Below, piece by piece: positions 19,966-28,954 of a stretch of 64,000 bases of DNA. How positions within the stretch are numbered: position 1 is the stretch's first letter; each line of letters starts with the position of its first letter. The notes beneath the pieces are model-generated. The model ran no database searches. It saw only the letters and a program-made list of their open reading frames with translations, and was not told the DNA's origin. Location of the stretch: assembly GCA_965222155.1 (NCBI GenBank), contig CBDCTH010000004.1, forward strand, positions 448,001 through 512,000, in the 5' to 3' direction. Source of the stretch: Gammaproteobacteria bacterium. Lineage in GTDB: Bacteria; Pseudomonadota; Gammaproteobacteria; Eutrophobiales; Eutrophobiaceae. The translations under genes and the position numbers were made by a program.

Positions 19966-20300
19966 CAGGGTAGCCCCAGGTCTGATAAGGGACGCCCCAT
20001 GCGCACATCGACCTTGATATATTTAAACAGCGGCCGCTCACCGCAGCGCAGTTGATCGACCACCTCGATCATGATTTCATGGCTGGGCGCATCACACATC
20101 ACGTAAAACGTCCACGGGTAACCGAATGTCGGCCCGATCTGGATTTGGTCATCATCGAGTGACGAGAGTACTTCAATTCCGTAACGTTCTTTCCAGCCAC
20201 CGAACACTTCCCGGCATTTGTCGAACACGTACCTGCGCTCGTCGGCCGAACCTTCAAAGAATGCCGGCTGCACCCCGGCGCAAACCAGAACTCGTACCAT
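19965..20300 (-). CDS. IacB-like protein (indole-3-acetate catabolism-associated)
   Basis: RVL.C.G....FF, LDDD...IGP..G.PWT.Y...D.P and Y.KV..R.GR.L pattern matches IacB as recalled; strong RBS caggaggag. Confidence 0.7.
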   Translation of the reverse strand: MVRVLVCAGVQPAFFEGSADERRYVFDKCREVFGGWKERYGIEVLSSLDDDQIQIGPTFGYPWTFYVMCDAPSHEIMIEVVDQLRCGERPLFKYIKVDVRMGRPLSDLGLP

Positions 20301-22044
20301 AATTTAACTCCTCCTGCCGTCATTCCGGCGAATGCCGGAATCCAGTAAAATTTACTTTCATTCTGCCGTCATTCCGGCGAATGCCGGAATCCAGTAAAAT
20401 TTACCTTTATTATAAGGAATAGTTCCTGACTGGATTCCGGCATTCGCCGGAATGACGACTGATTAGTATTCGGTAAATATTTCATCTACATGGATCGTTC
20501 ATAAATCAATCGAGTCTGACCCCATTGATTCTTCTGATTCTTCCAAGCTATTAATACCTGTAGCTGAAATTTAACTCCTCCTGCCGTCATTCCGGCGAAT
20601 GCCGGAATCCAGTGAAATTTACCTTTATTATAAGGAATAGTTCCCGACTGGATTCCGGCATTCGCCGGAATGACGACTGATTAGTATTCGGTAAATGTTT
20701 CATCTACATAGATCGTTCATAAATCAATCGAGTCTGACCCCATTGATTCTTCTGATTCTTCCAAGCTATGAATACCTGTAGCTGAAATAACTCCTCCTGC
20801 CGTCATTCCGGCGAATGCCGGAATCCAGTGAAATTTACCTTTATTATAAGGAATAGATCCCGACTGGATTCCGGCATTCGCCGGAATGACGACTGATTAG
20901 TATTCGGTAAATGTTTCATCTACATGGATCGTTCGCAAATCAATCGAGTCTGACCCCATTGATTCTTCTGATTCTTCCAAGCTATGAATACCTGTAGCTG
21001 AAATTTAACTCCTCCTGCCATCATTCCGGCGAATGCCGGAATCCAGTAAAATTTACCTTTATTATAAGGAATAGTTCCTGACTGGATTCCGGCATTCGCC
21101 GGAATGACGACTGATTAGTATTCGGTAAATATTTCATCTACATGGATCGTTCATAAATCAATCGAGTCTGACCCCATTGATTCTTCTGATTCTTCCAAGC
21201 TATTAATACCTGTAGCTGAAATTTAACTCCTCCTGCCGTCATTCCGGCGAATGCCGGAATCCAGTGAAATTTACCTTCATTATAAGGAATAGTTCCCGAC
21301 TGGATTCCGGCATTCGCCGGAATGACGACTGATTAGTATTCGGTAAATGTTTCATCTACATGGATCGTTCATAAATCAATCGAGTCTGACCCCATTGATT
21401 CTTCTGATTCTTCCAAGCTATGAATACCTGTGGCTGAAATTTAACTCCTCCTGCCGTCATTCCGGCGAATGCCGGAATCCAGTAAAATTTACCTTTATTA
21501 TAAGGAATAGTTCCTGACTGGATTCCGGCATTCGCCGGAATGACGACTGATTAGTATTCGGTAAATGTTTCATCTACATGGATCGTTCATAAATCAATCG
21601 AGTCTGACCCCATTGATTCTTCTGATTCTTCCAAGCTATGAATACCTGTAGCTGAAATTTAACTCCTCCTGCCATCATTCCGGCGAATGCCGGAATCCAG
21701 TAAAATTTACCTTTATTATAAGGAATAGTTCCTGACTGGATTCCGGCATTCGCCGGAATGACGACTGATTAGTATTCGGTAAATGTTTCATCTACATGGA
21801 TCGTTCATAAATCAATCGAGTCTGACCCCATTGATTCTTCTGATTCTTCCAAGCTATTAATACCTGTAGCTGAAATTTAACTCCTCCTGCCGTCATTCCG
21901 GCGAATGCCGGATCCGGCATTCGCCGGAATGACGACTGATTAGTATTCGGTAAATGTTTCATCTACATGGATCGTTCATAAATCAATCGAGTCTGACCCC
22001 ATTGATTCTTCTGATTCTTCCAAGCTATTAATACCTGTAGCTGA
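20301..22044. repeat. Tandem array of 8 copies of a ~218-bp unit, each with a REP hairpin and a family B half-site
   Basis: Unit starts at 20301, 20568, 20786, 21002, 21220, 21438, 21656, 21874; first unit has an extra partial arm, last unit has a collapsed hairpin loop. Confidence 0.95.
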
Positions 22045-22309
22045 TGATCAGTGCGATTAAGGTCACACTGATAATGGCGCTCAGTGTCATGCAGATCAAC
22101 AGGACGGTGCTGCGTTTGAAGTAGCCTTCCACCGCAAAAGCCGCCTGCACAGCCGCGTAAATGATGAACATCTGGATTGCCAGGCCCTCGGTCACCTGGG
22201 TTTGTATCAGTTTGACCAGTTGCGGCAGCATCGCACACACGTTGATTATGCCCATACTCCAGATGATATACGGCCAACGTATTGATTTTGCAAATTCTTC
22301 GCGGGTCAT
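22028..22309 (-). CDS. PQ-loop/SemiSWEET-like small transporter
   Basis: 93 aa, three hydrophobic helices, LPQL.K....T.GL motif. Confidence 0.7.
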   Translation of the reverse strand: MTREEFAKSIRWPYIIWSMGIINVCAMLPQLVKLIQTQVTEGLAIQMFIIYAAVQAAFAVEGYFKRSTVLLICMTLSAIISVTLIALIISYRY

Positions 22310-22311
22310 GG

Positions 22312-23910
22312 TTATGCCCTCCTATTTATGTCTGATTCATCACGATCCCAGGTTTCCGGGCTGACTCCCCATTCCTTAAGCATATACTTTTTTACTTTCC
22401 CGTTCTCGGTTAACGGCAGTTCGTCCACGAATTCCAGGTAGCGCGGTACCGCGAACCGGGCGATACGGTGGTCGAGAAACCGGATCACCGCGCTCGGCTC
22501 CGGGATGTTACCGTCGCGCGGGACGACAAATGCCATGACGTCATCTTCGCCTACGTCTGCCGGGACACCGACAACAGCGGCATTCTTTATGTCCGGGTGG
22601 GACAATAACGCCTGTTCAACCTCCCAGGTGGAGATATTCTCGCCGCGCCGCCTGATGGAATCCTTGATACGGTCGAGAAAGTGGTAGATTCCCTGCTCAT
22701 CCCGGACCACGCGGTCGCCGGTATGGAACCACAGGTTGCGCCAGGCGGCTGCGGTAGCCTCGGGGTTGCCGAAATAGCCGTTGCCGACGCTGAACGGTTC
22801 GGAATGGCGGATCACCAGTTCCCCGGAGGCGCCGGCGGGGACCTCGCAGTCACTCTCATCGACTATGCGTACCTCAAAGCCGGGAACGACGCGCCCCATC
22901 GTCCCGGGCGCATAGCCGCCGATCACGTTCGACATGACCAGGTTGGTTTCCGTGGAACCATAACCTTCGATAAGTCGAATACCGAAGCGTTGATAAAACT
23001 GCTCCACGAGTTCCGGCGATGTTGCCGGTGACAGGCTGACGCGGATGCTGTGTGCGCGGTCTGCCGCTCCCGGTGGGGACTTGAGCAGAATATACACCAT
23101 TGCGCCCAGCAGGTAAGTTACCGTTGCGTCGGCCTGACGCGCCTGAGTCCAGAACTGCGAAGCGGAGAAACGTTCGCCGAAAGAAAATGTGGCGCCGGCA
23201 AGCAAGGCCTGCCAGATGGTATTCAAGGCATTGGTGTGGAAGAACGGTAGCACGGTGAACAGCACGTCGTCTGAATTAATATCCAGGGCGTCGCCGGTCA
23301 GCAGTCCCCACCAGAAGAACTGGGCATGGGGACAAATCACGCCCTTGGAAGGACCGCTCGTGCCGGAGGTGTACAGGATTGCTGCCGGGTCGCCCGGTTG
23401 TGCCGCATGCGCGGCAAGCGGTTCTCCGAGTGGCGGCAATGAGGTTACCGGCAGGTCGTTATCCGGATTCGCACTAATGTCGTTGTCCGTGACCCAGACA
23501 AGGATGCCGGACTGCAGCCCGATGTCCGGTTCACGGAGATGTGCAAGCAGGCCGCGCTCGGTGACGACAAGCACTGGGTGCGCCAGCGTCAGGGCGTGGC
23601 GTAACTGTGCGCCGCGAAACCCTGTATTGATGGGCGCCAGCACTGCGCCCAGCCAGGCCGCGCCGAACCACAGTTCGATCAGGTCCGTGCTGTTGGACAG
23701 GAACGCGATGACCCGGTCTCCGGCCTTTACCCCGGCGGCTGCAAGCCGGCCTGCGCAGCGCGCGGCAATATCCGGCGCTTCTGCATAAGTGATTGAACGG
23801 GACGATGATACGATCAACGGCTTGTCGTTGTAGCGCGCCGCGTGCAGGGCGAGTATCCGGGGTAGGGTCCGACCGGCGTAGGGTATTGATCGAGCTTGAT
23901 TAGCGCTCAC
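22312..23910 (-). CDS. ATP-dependent acyl-CoA ligase (CaiC/IaaB-like)
   Basis: YTSGTSGPSKG, GYGSTE, WFHTGD, DRIKDSIRRRGENIS, LP.TENGKV.K. Confidence 0.92.
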   Translation of the reverse strand: MSANQARSIPYAGRTLPRILALHAARYNDKPLIVSSSRSITYAEAPDIAARCAGRLAAAGVKAGDRVIAFLSNSTDLIELWFGAAWLGAVLAPINTGFRGAQLRHALTLAHPVLVVTERGLLAHLREPDIGLQSGILVWVTDNDISANPDNDLPVTSLPPLGEPLAAHAAQPGDPAAILYTSGTSGPSKGVICPHAQFFWWGLLTGDALDINSDDVLFTVLPFFHTNALNTIWQALLAGATFSFGERFSASQFWTQARQADATVTYLLGAMVYILLKSPPGAADRAHSIRVSLSPATSPELVEQFYQRFGIRLIEGYGSTETNLVMSNVIGGYAPGTMGRVVPGFEVRIVDESDCEVPAGASGELVIRHSEPFSVGNGYFGNPEATAAAWRNLWFHTGDRVVRDEQGIYHFLDRIKDSIRRRGENISTWEVEQALLSHPDIKNAAVVGVPADVGEDDVMAFVVPRDGNIPEPSAVIRFLDHRIARFAVPRYLEFVDELPLTENGKVKKYMLKEWGVSPETWDRDESDINRRA

Positions 23911-23971
23911 AACCGACTCCGTATCAAGTAAATTATCTTATGAAGCTAGCAATCCTCAGGTGGACATTCTA

Positions 23972-23986
23972 ATCACAATTCGTGAT
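23972..23986. promoter_or_regulatory. Putative LysR box ATCAC-N5-GTGAT (T-N11-A)
   Basis: Palindrome 62-76 nt upstream of the CoA-ligase start, next to a LysR gene. Confidence 0.55.
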
Positions 23987-24039
23987 ATTGAATCATCATA
24001 AAAAACTATCCGGTGGACGGATATTTGGGATATTTGGGG

Positions 24040-24939
24040 TCAGACGCTGCGCGCCAGTCGCTGGAGGAGGCCGCGCAACCAGGCATGTCCGGCATCGTCG
24101 TCCAGGTGCTTGTGCCACATCTGGTAAACGGGGACGGGGTGCGTGAATACCGGGTTGGGACAGATCGCAAGATTCATTTGTCTGGCATAGAATTTTGCCA
24201 GCCGTTCCGGCAGGCAGGCTACCAGGTTGGTGTTGGCCACTATGCCGGGCATCGCCAGCAGGTGTGATACCTCGGCGACCACCTTGCGCTGCAATCCCTG
24301 TTTCTCGAGTTCACGTTCGATCATGGGGATGTGTGTACGCGTAGGTCGCAAGGCAACGTGTTCCGATTCGAGAAAATCATCCAATGACAAGCCTGCAATG
24401 ACTTGCGCGTGATCTTTGCAGGCAACACAGTAACTCCGGTCTTCGAAGACCAGTTCCACGTGGTAGTGGGGGTCGTCGATCCTGACCCAGTCCCAGACAA
24501 CGTCAACTGTCCCGGACCTCATTTCAGGCGTTAAGGTCGCGCCGGGTTCGGGCAGGCAAATGACCTCCACACCCGGGGCGCTGTCGTTCAGTTCGCGAAT
24601 GAGGTAGGGCAGGAAGTGCAGTTCGCCGTAGTCCGTCAACGCGACGGTAAACTGGCGGTGCAGGGACTCCGGTTGAAACTCAAGGTGACTTTCCAGTGTC
24701 CCGTCTACCAGGTTCAGTGATTCCCGTATGGGACCGGCAATCTCCAGGGCCTTTGCCGTTGGCGCTACGCCTTTGGGCGTGCGTATGAACAACTCGTCGC
24801 CATATAGCGCGCGCAGACTGCTGAGTGCATTACTGATTGCCGGCTGCGATACACACAGCCTCGCCGCCGCGCGGGTGATGTTACGCTCGTCCATCACCGC
24901 GTCAAACACCTTCAGCAGATTAAGGTTTACGTTGCGCAT
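24040..24939 (-). CDS. LysR family transcriptional regulator
   Basis: NLNLLKVFDAV..ERNITRAA.RL..SQPAIS..L..LR HTH; start placed at MRNVNL. Confidence 0.93.
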   Translation of the reverse strand: MRNVNLNLLKVFDAVMDERNITRAAARLCVSQPAISNALSSLRALYGDELFIRTPKGVAPTAKALEIAGPIRESLNLVDGTLESHLEFQPESLHRQFTVALTDYGELHFLPYLIRELNDSAPGVEVICLPEPGATLTPEMRSGTVDVVWDWVRIDDPHYHVELVFEDRSYCVACKDHAQVIAGLSLDDFLESEHVALRPTRTHIPMIERELEKQGLQRKVVAEVSHLLAMPGIVANTNLVACLPERLAKFYARQMNLAICPNPVFTHPVPVYQMWHKHLDDDAGHAWLRGLLQRLARSV

Positions 24940-25016
24940 TGCGACTGTCATAAGTTGTTGACCCGAAAGCTTCATTCGGCGCCGGTGACTGATTGTGGTC
25001 GTATTTTCAGTTATTT

Positions 25017-25628
25017 TCAACTTGTCTGACCCGTGAGAAAATTAATTAACTGAATGTAATCACCCGCATCCGCTCTTCGAAGTGCATTGATATAAACTTC
25101 CCGATGTTCCGGATTGCCTGCTGATATTTCACTGTTCCACTGAAGCGCTCTTTCCTGTAAACATTTTTCCAGCAGAGCATCTGTCATTATTCTTGAGTGG
25201 CGGCCATTCCAATTAGGAAATAGATGAATTTGAACCTGGCGATGATGGAAGCGTGCTGCAAACTCTATCGGGGGATAGGTACGATGGTCTATCCAATAAC
25301 GAGCATCTTCCAATAGCTTATATAGTTCAACACTAATATTTATTGGGTCAATGCCAATGTTCTTTTCTGTCGTCCTGAAACTACCGGCCCACTTCCAGAC
25401 TAATCCAAACAGGCGTTTGTGTAGTTCCCTGGTAAATTCTGTAGTTAACAGGTCCTTATACTTGCGTTGCCTTGCCAGCCATTTCAAACCTTCCTGGATA
25501 TTTTGTTGCTCTAACTGGTTGAGTTGACTGCGGGTTTGAATATGTGGAAACTTCAATCCTTCCAGTTCATTCGGGTCTAACGGTGTAGCGCCATCCGGGT
25601 AATCCATTTTTTTATTTAATCCTCCCAT
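25017..25628 (-). CDS. Mobile mystery protein B (Fic domain)
   Basis: GATPLDP.E..GL, ELHKRLFG.VW.WAG.FR, Fic-like HLFPNWNGRHSR. Confidence 0.88.
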   Translation of the reverse strand: MGGLNKKMDYPDGATPLDPNELEGLKFPHIQTRSQLNQLEQQNIQEGLKWLARQRKYKDLLTTEFTRELHKRLFGLVWKWAGSFRTTEKNIGIDPINISVELYKLLEDARYWIDHRTYPPIEFAARFHHRQVQIHLFPNWNGRHSRIMTDALLEKCLQERALQWNSEISAGNPEHREVYINALRRADAGDYIQLINFLTGQTS

Positions 25629-26077
25629 AAATCTCGCGGCATGGTTTCAAGTAAACGTTGTGTTTCATGGTTGATTTCCTCAACCAGAGCTGTCTTGTTT
25701 AATTGCTGAGCTTCGAGAGCCATCTGAACGTCTGCCTTTGTCACCAGCGTGGTGGCTTTTTCCCTGGCTCTTTCCATTACAGTTTCTTCGATTGGTTGCC
25801 TGGGTACAAGAGCATAAACCAGATCACACTCGAGCGTCTCCGCGACGCGCCGTAATTGTTTGAGTGAGATGCGGTCTTCTGTTTCCATTCGCTCCATTTG
25901 GGAAACCTGCGCTTTTTTTAAGCCGAGTCTACGGCCAAGCTGTGGTCCACTCATGCCCAGCGCCTTTCGGGCGGTACGAATCCACCCCTCTTTCGGGCGG
26001 GAGACCTTCGTCAATGCACAAAGTTGATTGGCCGTATCTTGATACTGTTTAAGAACAGTTCGTCTCATATTAATCAT
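25616..26077 (-). CDS. Mobile mystery protein A (XRE HTH)
   Basis: P..GWIR..RKALGMS..QL..RLG, L.C.LVYALVP, MALE.Q, LWE terminus; paired with protein B. Confidence 0.88.
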   Translation of the reverse strand: MINMRRTVLKQYQDTANQLCALTKVSRPKEGWIRTARKALGMSGPQLGRRLGLKKAQVSQMERMETEDRISLKQLRRVAETLECDLVYALVPRQPIEETVMERAREKATTLVTKADVQMALEAQQLNKTALVEEINHETQRLLETMPRDLWED

Positions 26078-26092
26078 GATCGTTCTCTATAG

Positions 26093-26174
26093 TCTATAAA
26101 TATAAAGCCTGATAAACATTAATTGGCTATATAAATATAGCATAATTAGAACAACATAGCTATAAATTTATAGC
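26093..26174. promoter_or_regulatory. Three 16-bp palindromic operator-like sites at 33-bp spacing
   Basis: tctataaatataaagc (26093), gctatataaatatagc (26126), gctataaatttatagc (26159). Confidence 0.6.
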
Positions 26175-26281
26175 CTGTATGTTTGGAGTCAGAGTGTTTT
26201 TACTCTGACCCCAAATATCCTCTTTGTTATACTCCTCGCCTTGGGGCAATATACGGAGTTTATGTGATAAAGGATGATTAA

Positions 26282-28123
26282 ATGGGTTTTATCGGATCGA
26301 TCAAATACATATTGAATAAAGCTGTTGCGGACTGTTTCATGGGTTCAGATACGGCTTTCGAGTGCCAGGTGACGCCGTGCCAGGATAAACAATTCGGTGA
26401 TTACCAGTCCAACCTGGCGTTCCTGCTGGCAAAGCGGGAGAGAACCAGTCCGCGCAGGATTGCCAATGCCGTTGCCGGGGCGGTGCATGCGGAATTGGCG
26501 TTGCCTGTGGAACAGGACGCCGTTGGAGATAGCGCCTCCGGCCCGCTAAGCGCAGGCGCCTTGATAGAGACCATCGAGGTTGCCGGGCCGGGGTTCATCA
26601 ATATCCGTATCAGGAATTCGGCGCTGGTTGCGGAGCTTGAACGTACTCTTACTGACCCGCGCTGCGGCGTCGAGCGGACCGAGCGTCCGCAACGGATTGT
26701 GGTGGACTACTCCAGTCCCAACCTGGCCAAGGACCTGCACGTGGGTACCATGCGCTCGACGGTGATCGGCGACTCGATTGCCAGGGTGCTGGAATTCCTG
26801 GGCCATGAGGTGTTGCGTCAGAACCATTTTGGCGATTGGGGGGGCAATTTCGGTGTGCTGGTTGCGATGATCAAACAGGAATACGGCGCCGCCGGCCTGG
26901 ATGAGTTGCGAGCAGCCCCCCTGGAGGCGGTGGAAGAGTTGTACGCACGAGGCAGCAAATTGAAGACGGACAGTGATGATTTTGCGGCCCGGGCCGCCAC
27001 GGAAGTGAATAACCTGCAATCCGGCAATGCGGAGTCCCTGGCAATCTGGGAGGTCCTGATGGAGAAGACCTTGCGTCTGTGCCACGGGTTGTACAAAACG
27101 TTTAACGTCAGTCTGGACGAGTCCCATGATTGTCCGGAGAGTTTCTACCGGGATGATTTGTCCCGGGTCGTCAGGGAGTTGTCTGAAAAAAACCTGCTGG
27201 TTGATGACAATAATGCCAGGTGCGCCTACCTGGACGGGTTCTATAATGTTGACGGCGATCCGCTCCCCATGATCGTGCAGAAAAGTGATGGGGGGTATAA
27301 CTATTCGACTACTGACCTGGCCGGGATCCGGCACCGGGTCAACAAGCTGAAGGCGCAGCAGATCATCGTTGTCACCGACCGCGGCCAGGAGCTGCATTTC
27401 CGCATGCTCCGGGCATTGGCGCAGAAGGCCGGCTGGTTGCCTGACGGGGTGCAGTTAAGACATCTCGGTTATGGTGTGATACTGCAGGAGATTACGGCGG
27501 GCGGGCAAAGCAAAAAAGTCAGGTTCAAGACCCGGCGCGGCGACACCGTCAAGATGAAGGACCTGCTGGCCGAGGGACGCCGGCGTAGCGAGCGGCTGAC
27601 CCTGGAAAGAAACCCGGATATAGGCGCAGATGAATTGAATGAGATTGCCGGGAAGCTGACGGTCGCGGCGCTCAAGTACGCAGACCTGAAACAGCGCCCG
27701 GAATCGGACTACACCTTCAACTGGGAGCAGATGCTCGCCAGCCAGGGCAACACGGGCATCTACCTGTTGTATTGTTACGTCCGCATCGCCAGTCTGTTCA
27801 ATAAATCCGGCCTGGATAGCGGCGCGCTGGCGCAAAACCCCGGTCCGATTGCCCTTTCCCATGAGCTGGAGAGGGAACTCCTGGTGCAGGTTATTTCCTT
27901 CCCCGAGCTTTTTTCCGGCTATGAGGAGGAACTGACTTCCCATGGCATCGGTCATTACCTGTATGAATTAGCGGGTTGTTACAGCCGCTTCTGGAAAGAC
28001 TGCCCCATCCTGACGGCCACCGGGGATGTCAAACGTACCCGCTTGATTTTAAGCCTGGCCGTGGCTGAACGCCTGAAACTGGGTCTGTCGCTGCTGGGAA
28101 TAGAAGTGGTGGAGAGGATGTGA
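26282..28123 (+). CDS. argS: Arginine--tRNA ligase (divergent motifs)
   Basis: FGDYQ, AGPGFINI, VDYSSPN.AK.LHVG, KSDGGY.Y.TTDLA, FKTR.G, C-terminal ERM. Confidence 0.9.
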   Translation: MGFIGSIKYILNKAVADCFMGSDTAFECQVTPCQDKQFGDYQSNLAFLLAKRERTSPRRIANAVAGAVHAELALPVEQDAVGDSASGPLSAGALIETIEVAGPGFINIRIRNSALVAELERTLTDPRCGVERTERPQRIVVDYSSPNLAKDLHVGTMRSTVIGDSIARVLEFLGHEVLRQNHFGDWGGNFGVLVAMIKQEYGAAGLDELRAAPLEAVEELYARGSKLKTDSDDFAARAATEVNNLQSGNAESLAIWEVLMEKTLRLCHGLYKTFNVSLDESHDCPESFYRDDLSRVVRELSEKNLLVDDNNARCAYLDGFYNVDGDPLPMIVQKSDGGYNYSTTDLAGIRHRVNKLKAQQIIVVTDRGQELHFRMLRALAQKAGWLPDGVQLRHLGYGVILQEITAGGQSKKVRFKTRRGDTVKMKDLLAEGRRRSERLTLERNPDIGADELNEIAGKLTVAALKYADLKQRPESDYTFNWEQMLASQGNTGIYLLYCYVRIASLFNKSGLDSGALAQNPGPIALSHELERELLVQVISFPELFSGYEEELTSHGIGHYLYELAGCYSRFWKDCPILTATGDVKRTRLILSLAVAERLKLGLSLLGIEVVERM

Positions 28124-28170
28124 GGCCAGGGCAAACGCATACTTTTGAATTCAGATGTTTTTGCCCGATT

Positions 28171-28270
28171 CCGTCATTCTGGCGCAGGCCGGAATCCAGT
28201 GAATAACCCTTCATTACCCTGAGCATGCGCTGTTGTTTGACTGGATGCTGGCATTCGCCAGCATGACGGG
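28171..28270. repeat. REP-like family C hairpin doublet (gtcatt..ggcg...gccggaatccag ... ctggatgc.ggcattcgcc.gcatgac)
   Basis: Inverted arms; family also at ~1987-2018, 6650-6715, 10780-10805, 28873-28947, 33244-33362, 50766-50970, 62143-62262. Confidence 0.8.
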
Positions 28271-28481
28271 CGGTGTTTTCCGGTTGGTTTCCTGTCTTCT
28301 GCAACAGAATCCAAAAGTATGCGGTTGCCCTGGATGTGAGGCAAAGGACGGATATAAAATCTGTCCCCCGGTTGTTTGTTATTGTATATTTATATATGGT
28401 TGTCGTATAATTTTCACCGGATACCTTCGCGCAAAGGAGGTACAGGATAAATATAGCGTTGGAAAAAAGGAGAGTGGAACT

Positions 28482-28865
28482 ATGAATATACCTGCATTCG
28501 ATACTCAAAAAGCTGTCAAGGAATTTAAGGAAGGCGGCTTTAACGACAAACAGGCTGAAGCGGTGGTCACTACGATGAACGATGTCATGAGCCAGAATTT
28601 TGCAACCAAGGCAGATATGCTTGTGTTAAAGGGTGATCTGGATAAAACAAGGGCTGATTTGGAACAAACTATCGAAAAAGTAAGGAGCGGCCTGGAACAA
28701 ACTATCGAAAAAGTAAGGAGCGACCTGGAAAAATCTATCAGTAGTCTGGAAAAAAGCATAGCTAATAAATTTGAGGTGTTGTACCGGCATCTCTGGGTGA
28801 TGGGCACAGGTATTGTTGTAGCCAACGTGACACTGGTAGCGGCTGTGGTGACGCTGTTAAGTTAG
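28482..28865 (+). CDS. DUF1640/CCDC90-like coiled-coil protein with C-terminal TM anchor
   Basis: FDT..AV..F...GF...QAE.V, ATKAD, 11-aa repeats, hydrophobic C-terminus; RBS aggag. Confidence 0.75.
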   Translation: MNIPAFDTQKAVKEFKEGGFNDKQAEAVVTTMNDVMSQNFATKADMLVLKGDLDKTRADLEQTIEKVRSGLEQTIEKVRSDLEKSISSLEKSIANKFEVLYRHLWVMGTGIVVANVTLVAAVVTLLS

Positions 28866-28954
28866 GAAGTCAGACTGGATACCGGCTTTTGCCGGTATGG
28901 TCTGGTTCCGGTATGGTCTGGTTCCGGTATGGTCTGTCCGGTATGGGGGAAATG

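Noticed and set aside
20301-22044. CRISPR array
   Set aside because: Whole units are near-identical with no unique spacers; no cas genes
21963-22277. Alternative-frame 104-aa ORF
   Set aside because: Overlaps the PQ-loop gene and ends in repeat-derived sequence
28233-28481. N-terminal extension of the DUF1640-like ORF
   Set aside because: Runs through REP elements; an RBS supports the start at 28482
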